In this document: positions 38,275-47,453 of the stretch, piece after piece | Position numbering within the stretch: position 1 is the stretch's first letter | Layout: every line of letters starts with the position of its first letter | Virus record (IMG/VR): IMGVR_UViG_3300026493_000016 | Coordinates: 1 to 64,000 of that record | From: a virus | Reading direction: 5' to 3' (one strand) | Length of the DNA stretch: 64,000 bases | Notes under the pieces: generated by a model | Database searches by the model: none | Told to the model about the DNA's origin: nothing | What the model saw: only the letters and a program-made list of their open reading frames with translations | Program-made: the position numbers and the translations under genes

Positions 38275-38301
38275 AATAAAAGTATAGGGGGTGGGTATCT
38301 A

Positions 38302-38496
38302 GTGATAATCTCAATACTACAGACTATACTATTTCTTTCAATGATAGCTGTTTGTCCGATGCTACTATATGTAGCTTGTGTAAGACTAAAAACTGAGACG
38401 GTAGGAGATAAATTATTTGTGGGGGCGGTAATAGTCCTTACATTAGCTGCTGAAGTAATATTGTATTCATCGTTTACGATGCTGTCTACTATATAA
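38302..38496 (+). CDS. Two-TM membrane protein
   Basis: Hydrophobic. Confidence 0.65.
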   Translation: MIISILQTILFLSMIAVCPMLLYVACVRLKTETVGDKLFVGAVIVLTLAAEVILYSSFTMLSTI

Positions 38497-38649
38497 AACT
38501 TTTTCTCAGTCTCAAAAATTTTTACCTCAGGTACAGTGGGGTACAAATAATACTTGACATTTGTATGGGAATTTGGTAGGGGCGGGGTTATAGCACATCT
38601 GGTCGAGTATGTCAAGTATGCACATCGAATTAAATTTGTCAACTAATAA

Positions 38650-38671
38650 TTGGAGGGGGTACCCCCTCCAA
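38650..38671. terminator. Perfect 22-bp palindrome between convergent transcription units
   Basis: TTGGAGGGGGTACCCCCTCCAA. Confidence 0.7.
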
Positions 38672-38675
38672 TATA

Positions 38676-39011
38676 CTATTTATTCCATTTGCGCAAATTG
38701 TCTATTAAGTCCTCACACGCTCTGTCTATATGCTTTAATCCGCTATCCGTAACGTGTTCACCCTTAACCACTCCTGACACTACTGCACTAATACGCTTGG
38801 ACACATAGCCAGCCTCAATCGTAGCAAGTTCACGCTTTAAGCCGCTCATACCCTTACCTATAAGGTTGATAGCGTCCACTATACCCACGTGCATATGAGC
38901 AGGTAATACAACCGAGTATGTCTTTCTAGTAGTGTACATAGCACCAAGCACCTCAGCATGCTTAGCAATAGTTTCAAGTTCAATAATAGCCAGTTCTATA
39001 TTAGCGTTCAT
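38676..39011 (-). CDS. Hypothetical protein
   Basis: 111 aa, AAGGATGG RBS. Confidence 0.7.
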   Translation of the reverse strand: MNANIELAIIELETIAKHAEVLGAMYTTRKTYSVVLPAHMHVGIVDAINLIGKGMSGLKRELATIEAGYVSKRISAVVSGVVKGEHVTDSGLKHIDRACEDLIDNLRKWNK

Positions 39012-39075
39012 AGTAATCCCATCCTTATATAATAGTATTTGTCAAGCGTTAATTATAAGGGGCTCAGCGCCCCGA

Positions 39076-39591
39076 CTAGCAAGTGTATACTGATACTGCA
39101 CCTTCGATATCGAAGTACTTTTTAAGCTTCGTACGCATCGCCTTAGCTGCCTTAACTGCTTCCTTCTCATTGTAGTACGTACCGAAGTATACGCAGAACA
39201 TATAATTCCCATTCTCATCATATGCAGAGAATTCGCAGTCATATACTTCCTCTCCGTCTTCGTCGTTATTATATACCATAACTGTATGGTAGTCAGCGTC
39301 TTCCCATTGCTCCGCTAACTCCTCTTTATATTCTGCTTTAATAGCAGTAATATTCTTGACATCATATGGAAGTTTAACCTCTTTAGTTTCTTCCTTAACC
39401 GGATGCACTAAAGACATTTTATCGTTATCTAAATCAATTGGGAACCAGTCTAAACCATTGTCAACCCATGCAATATTACCAGCGTCATTTAAGTCAACCA
39501 TACGTCCAGTGAAAGAACGTCCATCTAAAGTAGTAACCATTACCTCTTGATTCATCATATCAACCGCATTAATTGTGTTAGTCATTTTCAT
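39076..39591 (-). CDS. Acidic hypothetical protein with N-terminal Sm/SH3-like domain
   Basis: 171 aa; VMVTTLDGRSFTGRMVD is Sm-like. Confidence 0.75.
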   Translation of the reverse strand: MKMTNTINAVDMMNQEVMVTTLDGRSFTGRMVDLNDAGNIAWVDNGLDWFPIDLDNDKMSLVHPVKEETKEVKLPYDVKNITAIKAEYKEELAEQWEDADYHTVMVYNNDEDGEEVYDCEFSAYDENGNYMFCVYFGTYYNEKEAVKAAKAMRTKLKKYFDIEGAVSVYTC

Positions 39592-39698
39592 CTACCATCC
39601 TTCGTTATGTAAGCTAGCAAGGTGTTTCCCTGCTGCTCTTATAATATCTCATATATCGACGGCAATTGCAAGCACTATTCTTAAAGTAAAACTATTCA

Positions 39699-40837
39699 TA
39701 ATTGTCAGAATCTTTTATACAATTAAATTGTCAGAATATTACGAATAAACTATTAACTTGACATAAGTCTAATAGTATGATAGATACACGCACGCACACT
39801 CATGCAATATAATAGGGCATTCTAATTGTCAGATAGTTTGAATTGTCTGATAACTTCCCATAACATACTATTGGCTGTTTGTCAAATCTTATTTAAGAGC
39901 CCTCACAAGCCCGTACAGCGATTCTAGGATATCCCACTAGTATTTGTATTAGGAAGGCTGCTAGAAGCCCATACAGAGCAAATAGCCTCCCAAGCCAGTC
40001 ATACCAAGGGCTCACAAATTGACAGACTATTCTAACAGCTTACCATTGTCAGATAATTCATACTATTCTAATTGTCAGAATATTAAGACTGCTATTACTA
40101 TCACATACACTGCTCCTTGTCAAGTATACAGTGTATTCTAAATTGTCTGATAACTTGAATAGTCTGATAACTTAACAGCAGTTCAGTCACCCAACAATTG
40201 TCAGAATATTCACGCTAGTGATAATTGTTTGAAAAGTCTGACTAACATAATAGTTCGAATTGTCAGTTAATTCTATTGTACACCTCTACAATTGTCAGAC
40301 TATTTGAAACATTCATACTGTTCAAACTGTCAGACTATTCACAATATACCGAACATTCTAATTGTCAGACTATTCAATCATTCGCAATTATCAGACTATT
40401 CATAATAATCAAACAAAAATCACCGAGGGTTTTTAAATAAATTATCAGACAATTCAAATAAATCCGAACAATGGCAATATTTAGAGCATTTTAATAGTCA
40501 GACTATTTAGAACATTCATACTATTAACGCAATTGGCAATATACTAGCTATTCTTATTGTCAGACTATTCATACAACTTACCTACATGTATATTGTCGGA
40601 CTATTTAGAACATACTAATTGTCAGACTAATCTTTTAACTTGACAAACTGCCTCATCTGTGGTATTTATACGTGAGCTAATTGTCAGACTACTCAATTTG
40701 TCAGAATACTTACAATATTACGCGTATTCGACAGCACTTTACATGCGTCAACATAAATGATATTCTTATGGAGCAGGACGAATAAATATTTGTCGTCTTG
40801 TGTAGCAGAGGTATAACGACTGAATTGTCAGATAACT
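39699..40837 (+). repeat. Array of about 23 degenerate 15-bp repeats AATTGTCAGA(A/C)TATT (CodY-box-like)
   Basis: Exact AATTGTCAGAATATT at 39726, 40070, 40196; AATTGTCAGACTATT at 40290, 40360; many variants; no ORF in the region. Confidence 0.9.
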
Positions 40838-40972
40838 GCTAATAGTACGATGGGCTTGTTTGCTCATGTACTAAATGGGACAAGGTATACAATTGCCCAT
40901 GTGTTCTAGGGAGCTACTAAGCAACCTCGAGCCTTTCCAGTGAGCTACTAGTAGATTTAATGATTACATAAG

Positions 40973-41010
40973 AAAAGCCCCGCAATCGCTGCGAGGGCTC
41001 TTTTGTTGTT
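40973..41010. terminator. Bidirectional terminator-like hairpin
   Basis: AAAAGCCCCGCAATCGCTGCGAGGGCTCTTTT. Confidence 0.65.
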
Positions 41011-41305
41011 CATAATACATTTGTACTAGTTAGTTTGTAAAACGACGTGTAACGGAGTGTGAGACACCTTAAAACACCTGTACAAGTTTGCAGAACGGGC
41101 ATATACTCGTGTACAAGGATGCAATCTACTCTATCTAGCATGAAGCGTGTATCCGAGAAAAACCTGAGGCTCTGATATCAGTCTTTCAATTAGTTGTTCT
41201 GATATAACTCTTTAGGGAGGCTCTGATATAGTGTTATTGTAATGATTGATATTAATTAGTTATTGTAAGGCTTCTTATTGCCTCTCTGTACGCTATTGCA
41301 TCAGT

Positions 41306-41596
41306 CTAGTGTAATACAATCCCCTTAACACTGATAAGCTCATACAAAGGAAGTGTGAACGCCTCACTGTTATTATCCGTGAATTCTACCCATGAATTAT
41401 GTTGTTCATGTACATCATATATAATACGTTCTAGTTTAACTAAGTCCGATGTGATAAACTCACGTACCTTAGAATCATTACCCATTATCTTATACTCCCT
41501 ATATACAATATGGAAGTGTGTTGCATCTTCCTTTAATGCTTGTAATAGTTCTTGCCATTCCATAACCATTGTTGATGAATAGTATTTGATTGCCAT
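41306..41596 (-). CDS. Hypothetical protein (paralog of 42809-43090)
   Basis: 96 aa. Confidence 0.7.
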   Translation of the reverse strand: MAIKYYSSTMVMEWQELLQALKEDATHFHIVYREYKIMGNDSKVREFITSDLVKLERIIYDVHEQHNSWVEFTDNNSEAFTLPLYELISVKGIVLH

Positions 41597-42094
41597 TTAT
41601 AACACTTCCTTATATAGTTCTATTCTTTTATCACGTGCTCTTTGTTCTTCTAATAAAGTCGCCACACCTCTATACACGGGATGATTATATTTTACGTTAT
41701 CTTTGTTTTTATTATTCATTAAACTTAATCGAATATCTATTACCGTTTGTATTAATGTAATCGCCTCATCAATTGGAACTGTTACAAATACGCGTTCTTC
41801 TAAAGGGTGTGCGAATACTGTTGTTTCTTTCAATGTTTGTTCGAAATCCATTTTGATGTGTATAAGCATCCAACCTACCGCCTCATCAAAGCTATTGAAG
41901 TTACAATTGAGTTGCTTAATGTCTTTGACTGATTCAGTTGCTTTCTGTATCCATACTTGTTCTTTAATGCTTAGTTGTTGTACAGTGTCTACATTGATTG
42001 TATAATCTGTATGCCCTGTTTGTAAGTAGAGCATGATATGTTTTAATGCTAAACGTTTAATAACTGTTAACTCATGACCTTCGAAACTGTACAT
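41597..42094 (-). CDS. Hypothetical protein
   Basis: 165 aa, AAGGAG RBS. Confidence 0.75.
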   Translation of the reverse strand: MYSFEGHELTVIKRLALKHIMLYLQTGHTDYTINVDTVQQLSIKEQVWIQKATESVKDIKQLNCNFNSFDEAVGWMLIHIKMDFEQTLKETTVFAHPLEERVFVTVPIDEAITLIQTVIDIRLSLMNNKNKDNVKYNHPVYRGVATLLEEQRARDKRIELYKEVL

Positions 42095-42224
42095 ATTCTA
42101 TCGCTCCTTTTTCGCTATGATGAATGGTTTTCTTTTCAAGTACTTATCTAGTGCTTCCTCGTTTGGGAAGTCTCTCTTTTCTTTTGTACCACCGATAATG
42201 TTAATTAACGTTACCTTTAACATA

Positions 42225-42515
42225 TTACATTCCCCCTTGTATTGAACTGTTTACGAATTGTCTTTCTGTGACATCCTTGTTCGTATTGTTTCTTTTCTTT
42301 CTTATGATACCTGTGTTTACTAACATTCTTGTTATTTCATTATCTTTACTGAAGTATGCATGCGTGTTATTTCTTCTGTGTTCTTCTTCTCTTAGTTGTT
42401 TTAGTCTGTCCTTACTACGTTTAATAATATGCTCCAGTGTAACAATTTGCGTATCTAGTTCTTTATCTGTCCATGTGCTTATATCATTTACTTTGTTTCT
42501 TTTTATCATATACAC
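42225..42515 (-). CDS. Hypothetical protein
   Basis: 96 aa. Confidence 0.65.
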   Translation of the reverse strand: MYMIKRNKVNDISTWTDKELDTQIVTLEHIIKRSKDRLKQLREEEHRRNNTHAYFSKDNEITRMLVNTGIIRKKRNNTNKDVTERQFVNSSIQGGM

Positions 42516-42546
42516 CTACACCCTTTCATTATCATTTAGTTATTGT

Positions 42547-42786
42547 TTAGTCTTCGTTTAGATAATATTCTTCGTAGCTAAAGATATTTCCCCCGAGGTC
42601 TTTGTTTGCTTGGTCACATCTAGCCTTTGCTTTCTCCTCTGTACTGTAAACCCCTTCAAAGTCGTTCGTATCATACCCATAATTAGATGTAACAATGTAT
42701 ACGTATATCTTGCCATCTTTGATTGTAAGCTCTTTTAATAAGTCTACTAATGATAAACATATCGCTAATTCCTTTTCCTTTGTCAT
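42547..42786 (-). CDS. Hypothetical protein
   Basis: VYIV...GVYSTEEKAK common small phage fold. Confidence 0.7.
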   Translation of the reverse strand: MTKEKELAICLSLVDLLKELTIKDGKIYVYIVTSNYGYDTNDFEGVYSTEEKAKARCDQANKDLGGNIFSYEEYYLNED

Positions 42787-42808
42787 GGTTATGCCCCTTT
42801 CATTTCGT

Positions 42809-43090
42809 TTAAGTACATGTTTTGATAATCAATATATCTTCCATAGGGATAACTAATATATTCCCCTCATAGTCAACGAATCGAATGTGTGTTACCTTTA
42901 ACGCTGTGCTATATACAATCTCATGTAGCTTGTACACTGTTGTTACTAAGAACTTTCTTTCTGGTTTTCCCTCTTTACGTCTGATATGTGTTACCATAAA
43001 GAATTGTGTGTCTCTTGTTCGGGGTCTTGCTAGTGTTTTCATGATAACATCATAACTTGTTATCTCCTCTGACTTATATAGACCTAACAT
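42809..43090 (-). CDS. Hypothetical protein (paralog of 41306-41596)
   Basis: 93 aa. Confidence 0.7.
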   Translation of the reverse strand: MLGLYKSEEITSYDVIMKTLARPRTRDTQFFMVTHIRRKEGKPERKFLVTTVYKLHEIVYSTALKVTHIRFVDYEGNILVIPMEDILIIKTCT

Positions 43091-43302
43091 TATAATATTT
43101 CATCCTCTAATCTTTCTTTTGTCGCTTTACTGTTTAATACTCGCATCAACCCTATATAAGCGTTGTCTAAATGATTATTTATCTTGTTCCATTCTTCAAA
43201 GGACATTTCCCCTTCACTACACCCGATACTTATTTTCTTTTTAGCTGATTCAATCAGTTCTAATGTTCTATAAGAGTTCATTCTCATTGTTAAATTCCCC
43301 AA
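43090..43302 (-). CDS. Hypothetical protein
   Basis: 70 aa. Confidence 0.6.
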   Translation of the reverse strand: MGNLTMRMNSYRTLELIESAKKKISIGCSEGEMSFEEWNKINNHLDNAYIGLMRVLNSKATKERLEDEIL

Positions 43303-43664
43303 TCTAACAAATCTAGAATCGTTTGTTTGCTGTCTTGTGATGCTATAATGTCACTGCTGTTGTATGAGAATGTAATAGTATGATTCCAGTTATCAATTGA
43401 CACTTCTAATTCGTTTGTACCATCATCAAAACGAATGCTGTTATCAATGTTCACCCCGTCAATGTAATCATAAAGAATATTTTCTTCTTTCTTGTCCAAT
43501 AATACTGTATAATTGATTCGCTTGTGTCTCTTGTCCTGTACATCTCTAATGAATTCGAATTCAAGTTTTAAATCACTTGTATTGGATGACTTAGTGAGCG
43601 TCAATGTGTCTTTGTTGAACTCCTCACAGATTAAACAAATAGAAACGTCTTTTTGGTGTCTCAT
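43290..43664 (-). CDS. Expanded paralog family member
   Basis: LICEEFNKDTLTL...VLLDKKE. Confidence 0.7.
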   Translation of the reverse strand: MRHQKDVSICLICEEFNKDTLTLTKSSNTSDLKLEFEFIRDVQDKRHKRINYTVLLDKKEENILYDYIDGVNIDNSIRFDDGTNELEVSIDNWNHTITFSYNSSDIIASQDSKQTILDLLDWGI

Positions 43665-44029
43665 GCATTTAACCCCCTTTCTAACTCATCTCTAAACTTA
43701 CTGCACGTTGTACGGTTTAAAGCGATAGTGTCAACGCCTATATAAATGTATGCGCGCTTTCTGGCTGCGTCTGATACGATTGCAACTGTATCCTTAATGT
43801 CATAACCCTTGTTAATTTCTTCATGTACATCCTCGTACATGCATATAGATAATGTTTTGATAAGGCGTAACGTTTCAACACGTGATAATAGTTGATGTTT
43901 TGTAAGTGGTTCTTCATTAAAGATTACATGCATGAATAGGTTTGTCATGCCTTTGTCATTCATTGCCACTGTTAAATTATCACTTTCCATTACATCACAC
44001 ACAATATGAAATTCATTTACTTTTGTCAT
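43661..44029 (-). CDS. Expanded paralog family member
   Basis: IVCDVMESDNLTV...LLSRVETLRL. Confidence 0.7.
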   Translation of the reverse strand: MTKVNEFHIVCDVMESDNLTVAMNDKGMTNLFMHVIFNEEPLTKHQLLSRVETLRLIKTLSICMYEDVHEEINKGYDIKDTVAIVSDAARKRAYIYIGVDTIALNRTTCSKFRDELERGLNA

Positions 44030-44061
44030 TATAATCTACCATCCTTTATAATTGTTTTAGT

Positions 44062-44286
44062 TTAGTGTTGCGCGAAATACCAAATACCTTGTAATTCTTC
44101 TTTTGTAAACTTTGTAGCAGCTTTCTTATAATCCCCTTCGCCTAACAAATTGACAAATGTCTCTGCCTTTTGTTCTCCGCAAAAGTCTGCACCATTCCAT
44201 ACACGCGACACCTTAATGTTATGAGGTAAAAACCTTAATTCATTATCAATTGCATGTACATACTCTAATTTATTAGCTGGTTTCAT
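44062..44286 (-). CDS. Hypothetical protein
   Basis: 74 aa, GGAGGT RBS. Confidence 0.65.
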   Translation of the reverse strand: MKPANKLEYVHAIDNELRFLPHNIKVSRVWNGADFCGEQKAETFVNLLGEGDYKKAATKFTKEELQGIWYFAQH

Positions 44287-44609
44287 AGTGTAGCACCTCC
44301 ATAGATTGCGAAGAATTCTGCTTTACGCGCCATTACCTCCGGAGCTGGTCCGAACTGGTTATATAGGTTGCAAGTGTCTTCGTAAAGATTTTCTAATGCT
44401 ATGATTTCCTTAATCCAAGCAATACGATATTTTTTGAATTCATTGTAACGAATGTCAGTAGGACTTAATTGAACTGCTTTATACAATCTATCCTTCTCCT
44501 CCATAACATCAACACCAAGTGCATAGATGTTTGTAACCTCCTCAACCTTAGTTGGAAAAGCTTTTTCTACTACAGTACCATTACTTAACAAGATTTGTTT
44601 GATTTTCAT
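44283..44609 (-). CDS. Hypothetical protein
   Basis: 108 aa, first gene of a promoter cassette. Confidence 0.75.
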   Translation of the reverse strand: MKIKQILLSNGTVVEKAFPTKVEEVTNIYALGVDVMEEKDRLYKAVQLSPTDIRYNEFKKYRIAWIKEIIALENLYEDTCNLYNQFGPAPEVMARKAEFFAIYGGATL

Positions 44610-44703
44610 TTTTAACTACCTCCGTTAATTTAGTTGTTTATGTATTTCTTAACTGACTTCATTGTATCATATTTATAAAGGGGGTGCAACCCCTTATTTT
44701 AAA

Positions 44704-45135
44704 TTAGTTGAAAGAAATGTTTCCTTTAACTCTTTCCTTTTGGATTAAATCCATAATTTTCTCAATCTGCTCTAACACGAGGATAACACCGGAGCCGTTA
44801 AGCTCAATCAAAACTTCCTGTTCTTCTACATCATGACCTATACGCAAATCAATGTCATTTTCTTCATCATGTACAATACGTTCAACCATATTACCCATAA
44901 CACCAGTATTTTGATACATTGATAATAGAAGTTGTGTGATTTTATCCGTGAACGATGCTGTTTGTTCTGCTGTTAATTGACGTTCAACACGCTCAACAGT
45001 TTCGCCCATGTCATCGTGCATTAAGATTGAGATGTTTTCTTCAGCAGTAATACCCACATTAACATAATCCGTACCAGAGCACACACAACCAAGACTAACC
45101 ATTTCCACAACTGCTTTTAATTCTCTCATATTCAA
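44704..45135 (-). CDS. Expanded paralog family member (close to 50365-50814)
   Basis: VVEMVSLGCVCSGTDYVNV versus VVSEMVMFECKYGTGDYIRV. Confidence 0.75.
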   Translation of the reverse strand: MNMRELKAVVEMVSLGCVCSGTDYVNVGITAEENISILMHDDMGETVERVERQLTAEQTASFTDKITQLLLSMYQNTGVMGNMVERIVHDEENDIDLRIGHDVEEQEVLIELNGSGVILVLEQIEKIMDLIQKERVKGNISFN

Positions 45136-45216
45136 CTACCACCTTATAAGTTTTTTTTTGTATTTCTTAACTGACTTCATTGTATCATGTATGTAAGGGG
45201 GTTGCAACCCCCAATT

Positions 45217-45672
45217 TTATAAATCACTTAAAAAGTTATCTATGTTATCAAGTTGTTCCGTTTGTCCCCATAACTCTGTGTAGTACTTATCATATGTGCT
45301 ATCGTTTGTGTAGTCACGCTTTTCGAACTTAACAAGCGCGCTTGTCTTTACGATAGTTTGTATTAGGCTTTCCACACCCTGACACACATCGTCAATACTA
45401 TCTGGTTTCCTTAAGATTGCTAGATAACCCGAGCCAACTTCTACAATCTTACAAATATGTGTGTATAACTTACCATCGTATTCGCGATATGTCAAGTTAA
45501 TAAACTCATCTGTTGCGTGAAGGTCATGAACCGCCTCCAATAACTCAGATACGTTTAAACTAATACGTTTTGACATAATATAGTTACGATTGATTTCAGT
45601 CATTGTATTCAACATCCTTCCCAGAAAAGTAAATGTATGCATTCTCCAAGATAGCGAACAACGCATACCCAC
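45217..45672 (-). CDS. Hypothetical protein, Sm/YolD-like (true start probably downstream)
   Basis: INLTYREYDGKLYTHICKIVEV pattern. Confidence 0.65.
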   Translation of the reverse strand: MGMRCSLSWRMHTFTFLGRMLNTMTEINRNYIMSKRISLNVSELLEAVHDLHATDEFINLTYREYDGKLYTHICKIVEVGSGYLAILRKPDSIDDVCQGVESLIQTIVKTSALVKFEKRDYTNDSTYDKYYTELWGQTEQLDNIDNFLSDL

Positions 45673-46000
45673 CGTCGTTAGGTCGTTTTAAATCATACTC
45701 CCAACCCTCCGCGATATGTGTATGTGGTTCGTTACGCTCCAGTTCGTCCCATGCGTCATACATAGAATTATTGTTCGTTCTTCCAAGAGCAATAGTAAAC
45801 TTCTCTAACACCTCTAATTTTACAACATAGTTTGAACTCTTGTCAAATGAATCTTTTAATGTGTCTGTGTCCTGTTTTGCAAGCGCTGCGAACAACGTGT
45901 TATTATACACAGGACTCAGAGAGAATACAATGTTATCCCCTAACATAGCAAACTTATTTTTAACTCTAGTCACTTCGTTATCAAGTAATCTTTTAACCAT
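45596..46000 (-). CDS. Hypothetical protein
   Basis: 134 aa, GAGGAGG RBS. Confidence 0.7.
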   Translation of the reverse strand: MVKRLLDNEVTRVKNKFAMLGDNIVFSLSPVYNNTLFAALAKQDTDTLKDSFDKSSNYVVKLEVLEKFTIALGRTNNNSMYDAWDELERNEPHTHIAEGWEYDLKRPNDGGYALFAILENAYIYFSGKDVEYND

Positions 46001-46430
46001 TGTATTCTACCTCCTCATTATCCATAATTCGTTGATTACGTGTAATCTCGTTGCACATTAACTCAAATTTGTCAAGTGTGACAGTCACTTCTCCTGTTAT
46101 ATTCTTCCCTAAATGATACATTCGCATATCTGCTACAATTTCTCGTTTACCATCTGTTAAACGAACCTTGATGTCGACTGAAATTGTAATATCATCATTT
46201 TGATTACGGAAACATACATAATTGTTTTCCTTTAATTTGTCAACACCTTTTTCGAATTGCGCACGGTCTACAATTGTAGTAATCTTAGTGTAAATAAGTT
46301 CACTGTCGCGAACCTCACATACTTGTTTAAATACAATAGTATCCCTATCAAAAGTATATACTATCTTACCAGTTTTTTCAAATCCCTCACCATTAAATGG
46401 TATTGATAACTCCATAATACGTCCAGACAT
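45993..46430 (-). CDS. Hypothetical protein
   Basis: Start MSGRIMEL after GGGGA. Confidence 0.7.
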   Translation of the reverse strand: MSGRIMELSIPFNGEGFEKTGKIVYTFDRDTIVFKQVCEVRDSELIYTKITTIVDRAQFEKGVDKLKENNYVCFRNQNDDITISVDIKVRLTDGKREIVADMRMYHLGKNITGEVTVTLDKFELMCNEITRNQRIMDNEEVEYNG

Positions 46431-46431
46431 G

Positions 46432-46860
46432 TTATTCCCCCGCCTTTTCTCTATAGTTTTGATAACGCTTGTCAAAGTCATAAAATGTATGATTCCCTAA
46501 CTCTGCAATGATAATAATATCAACAAAGTCAATATATGTCAAGTCATAGTTTACTTGATGTTTAACAATTAGTTTACCGTCAAGTTTACCTTGTATAACT
46601 CCATCAACTATGCTATAATTCTGTTTTTTGCTGCTATCAATATATATGACGCGTACTGTATTAACCTCTAAAGACAACAAAACTTTATCTAGTAAGTCAG
46701 TTTTGAAGGTAAGTTCATCCATGACGCTGTTTGAGGGCTCTAGAGGCTCGCTGCGCGCGATTACCTCCGGAGCTGGTGCGATTGTCTTCTTTTCATCTAA
46801 CGTAGGCATAAAGTCCCACATAGAGCCTGTGTGTGTTTGTGTCATTTTGTAGACCTCCAT
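46432..46860 (-). CDS. Sm/YolD-like domain protein
   Basis: VRVIYID...VDGVIQG...IDFVDIIII. Confidence 0.7.
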   Translation of the reverse strand: MEVYKMTQTHTGSMWDFMPTLDEKKTIAPAPEVIARSEPLEPSNSVMDELTFKTDLLDKVLLSLEVNTVRVIYIDSSKKQNYSIVDGVIQGKLDGKLIVKHQVNYDLTYIDFVDIIIIAELGNHTFYDFDKRYQNYREKAGE

Positions 46861-47453
46861 AGATTATTATTGATGAAAGTAAACTCAATGCTGTCTTCAT
46901 TTTGTAATCGTTCTTGAATGCTCATAACTTCCTCGAATCCAATTTCTGTACACTGACTAGGCGAGTCGTCATGTCTAACAACAAACACCTCACTTTCAGC
47001 GTTCACAACGTCGATTCGCCCTGTAATATTTCTAATAACCTTGTAATTCATGTCTTTAGCTATTACAGTAATCAATATGCGCTTTTCATCAATATTGGTA
47101 AGGTATTTAAATAACGCTGTTTCTGTAATGTCAAGAGCATGTTTAAACAAATCAGCGCGTAAATCATATATAGAACCATTCTCAAGGAATACAATTTGTT
47201 CAACATTCTGATATTGAATGTTTGTTATTTCATCAAACGCGCTTTTAACATCGAAAGATTGTAGAAACGAATTTGCTATTCTACCATCAACAGATTTTAG
47301 GGGCTTGTCTACATGCTGTACATCTCTATACCAGAAACGGAACTGCTTACCTTTCTGTATACGTTGGAATGATTTAATTAAATCACTAACGAATAAAATC
47401 TTATCCGTTTCCTCTGCATTTGTTAAAGTTACCTCTGACATTATAACGACCAC
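46842..47453 (-). CDS. Tandem Sm/YolD-like domain protein
   Basis: Two repeats: VDGRIANS..IQYQNVEQI and ITGRIDVV..IGFEEVMSI. Confidence 0.7.
   Translation of the reverse strand: MVVIMSEVTLTNAEETDKILFVSDLIKSFQRIQKGKQFRFWYRDVQHVDKPLKSVDGRIANSFLQSFDVKSAFDEITNIQYQNVEQIVFLENGSIYDLRADLFKHALDITETALFKYLTNIDEKRILITVIAKDMNYKVIRNITGRIDVVNAESEVFVVRHDDSPSQCTEIGFEEVMSIQERLQNEDSIEFTFINNNLWRSTK

Noticed and set aside
38148-38642. 164-aa minus-strand ORF
   Set aside because: Mostly antisense to membrane-protein genes, lacks an RBS and starts upstream of the nearby promoter.
39699-40837. CRISPR array
   Set aside because: Repeats are only ~15 bp, degenerate and irregularly spaced; no cas genes or leader.
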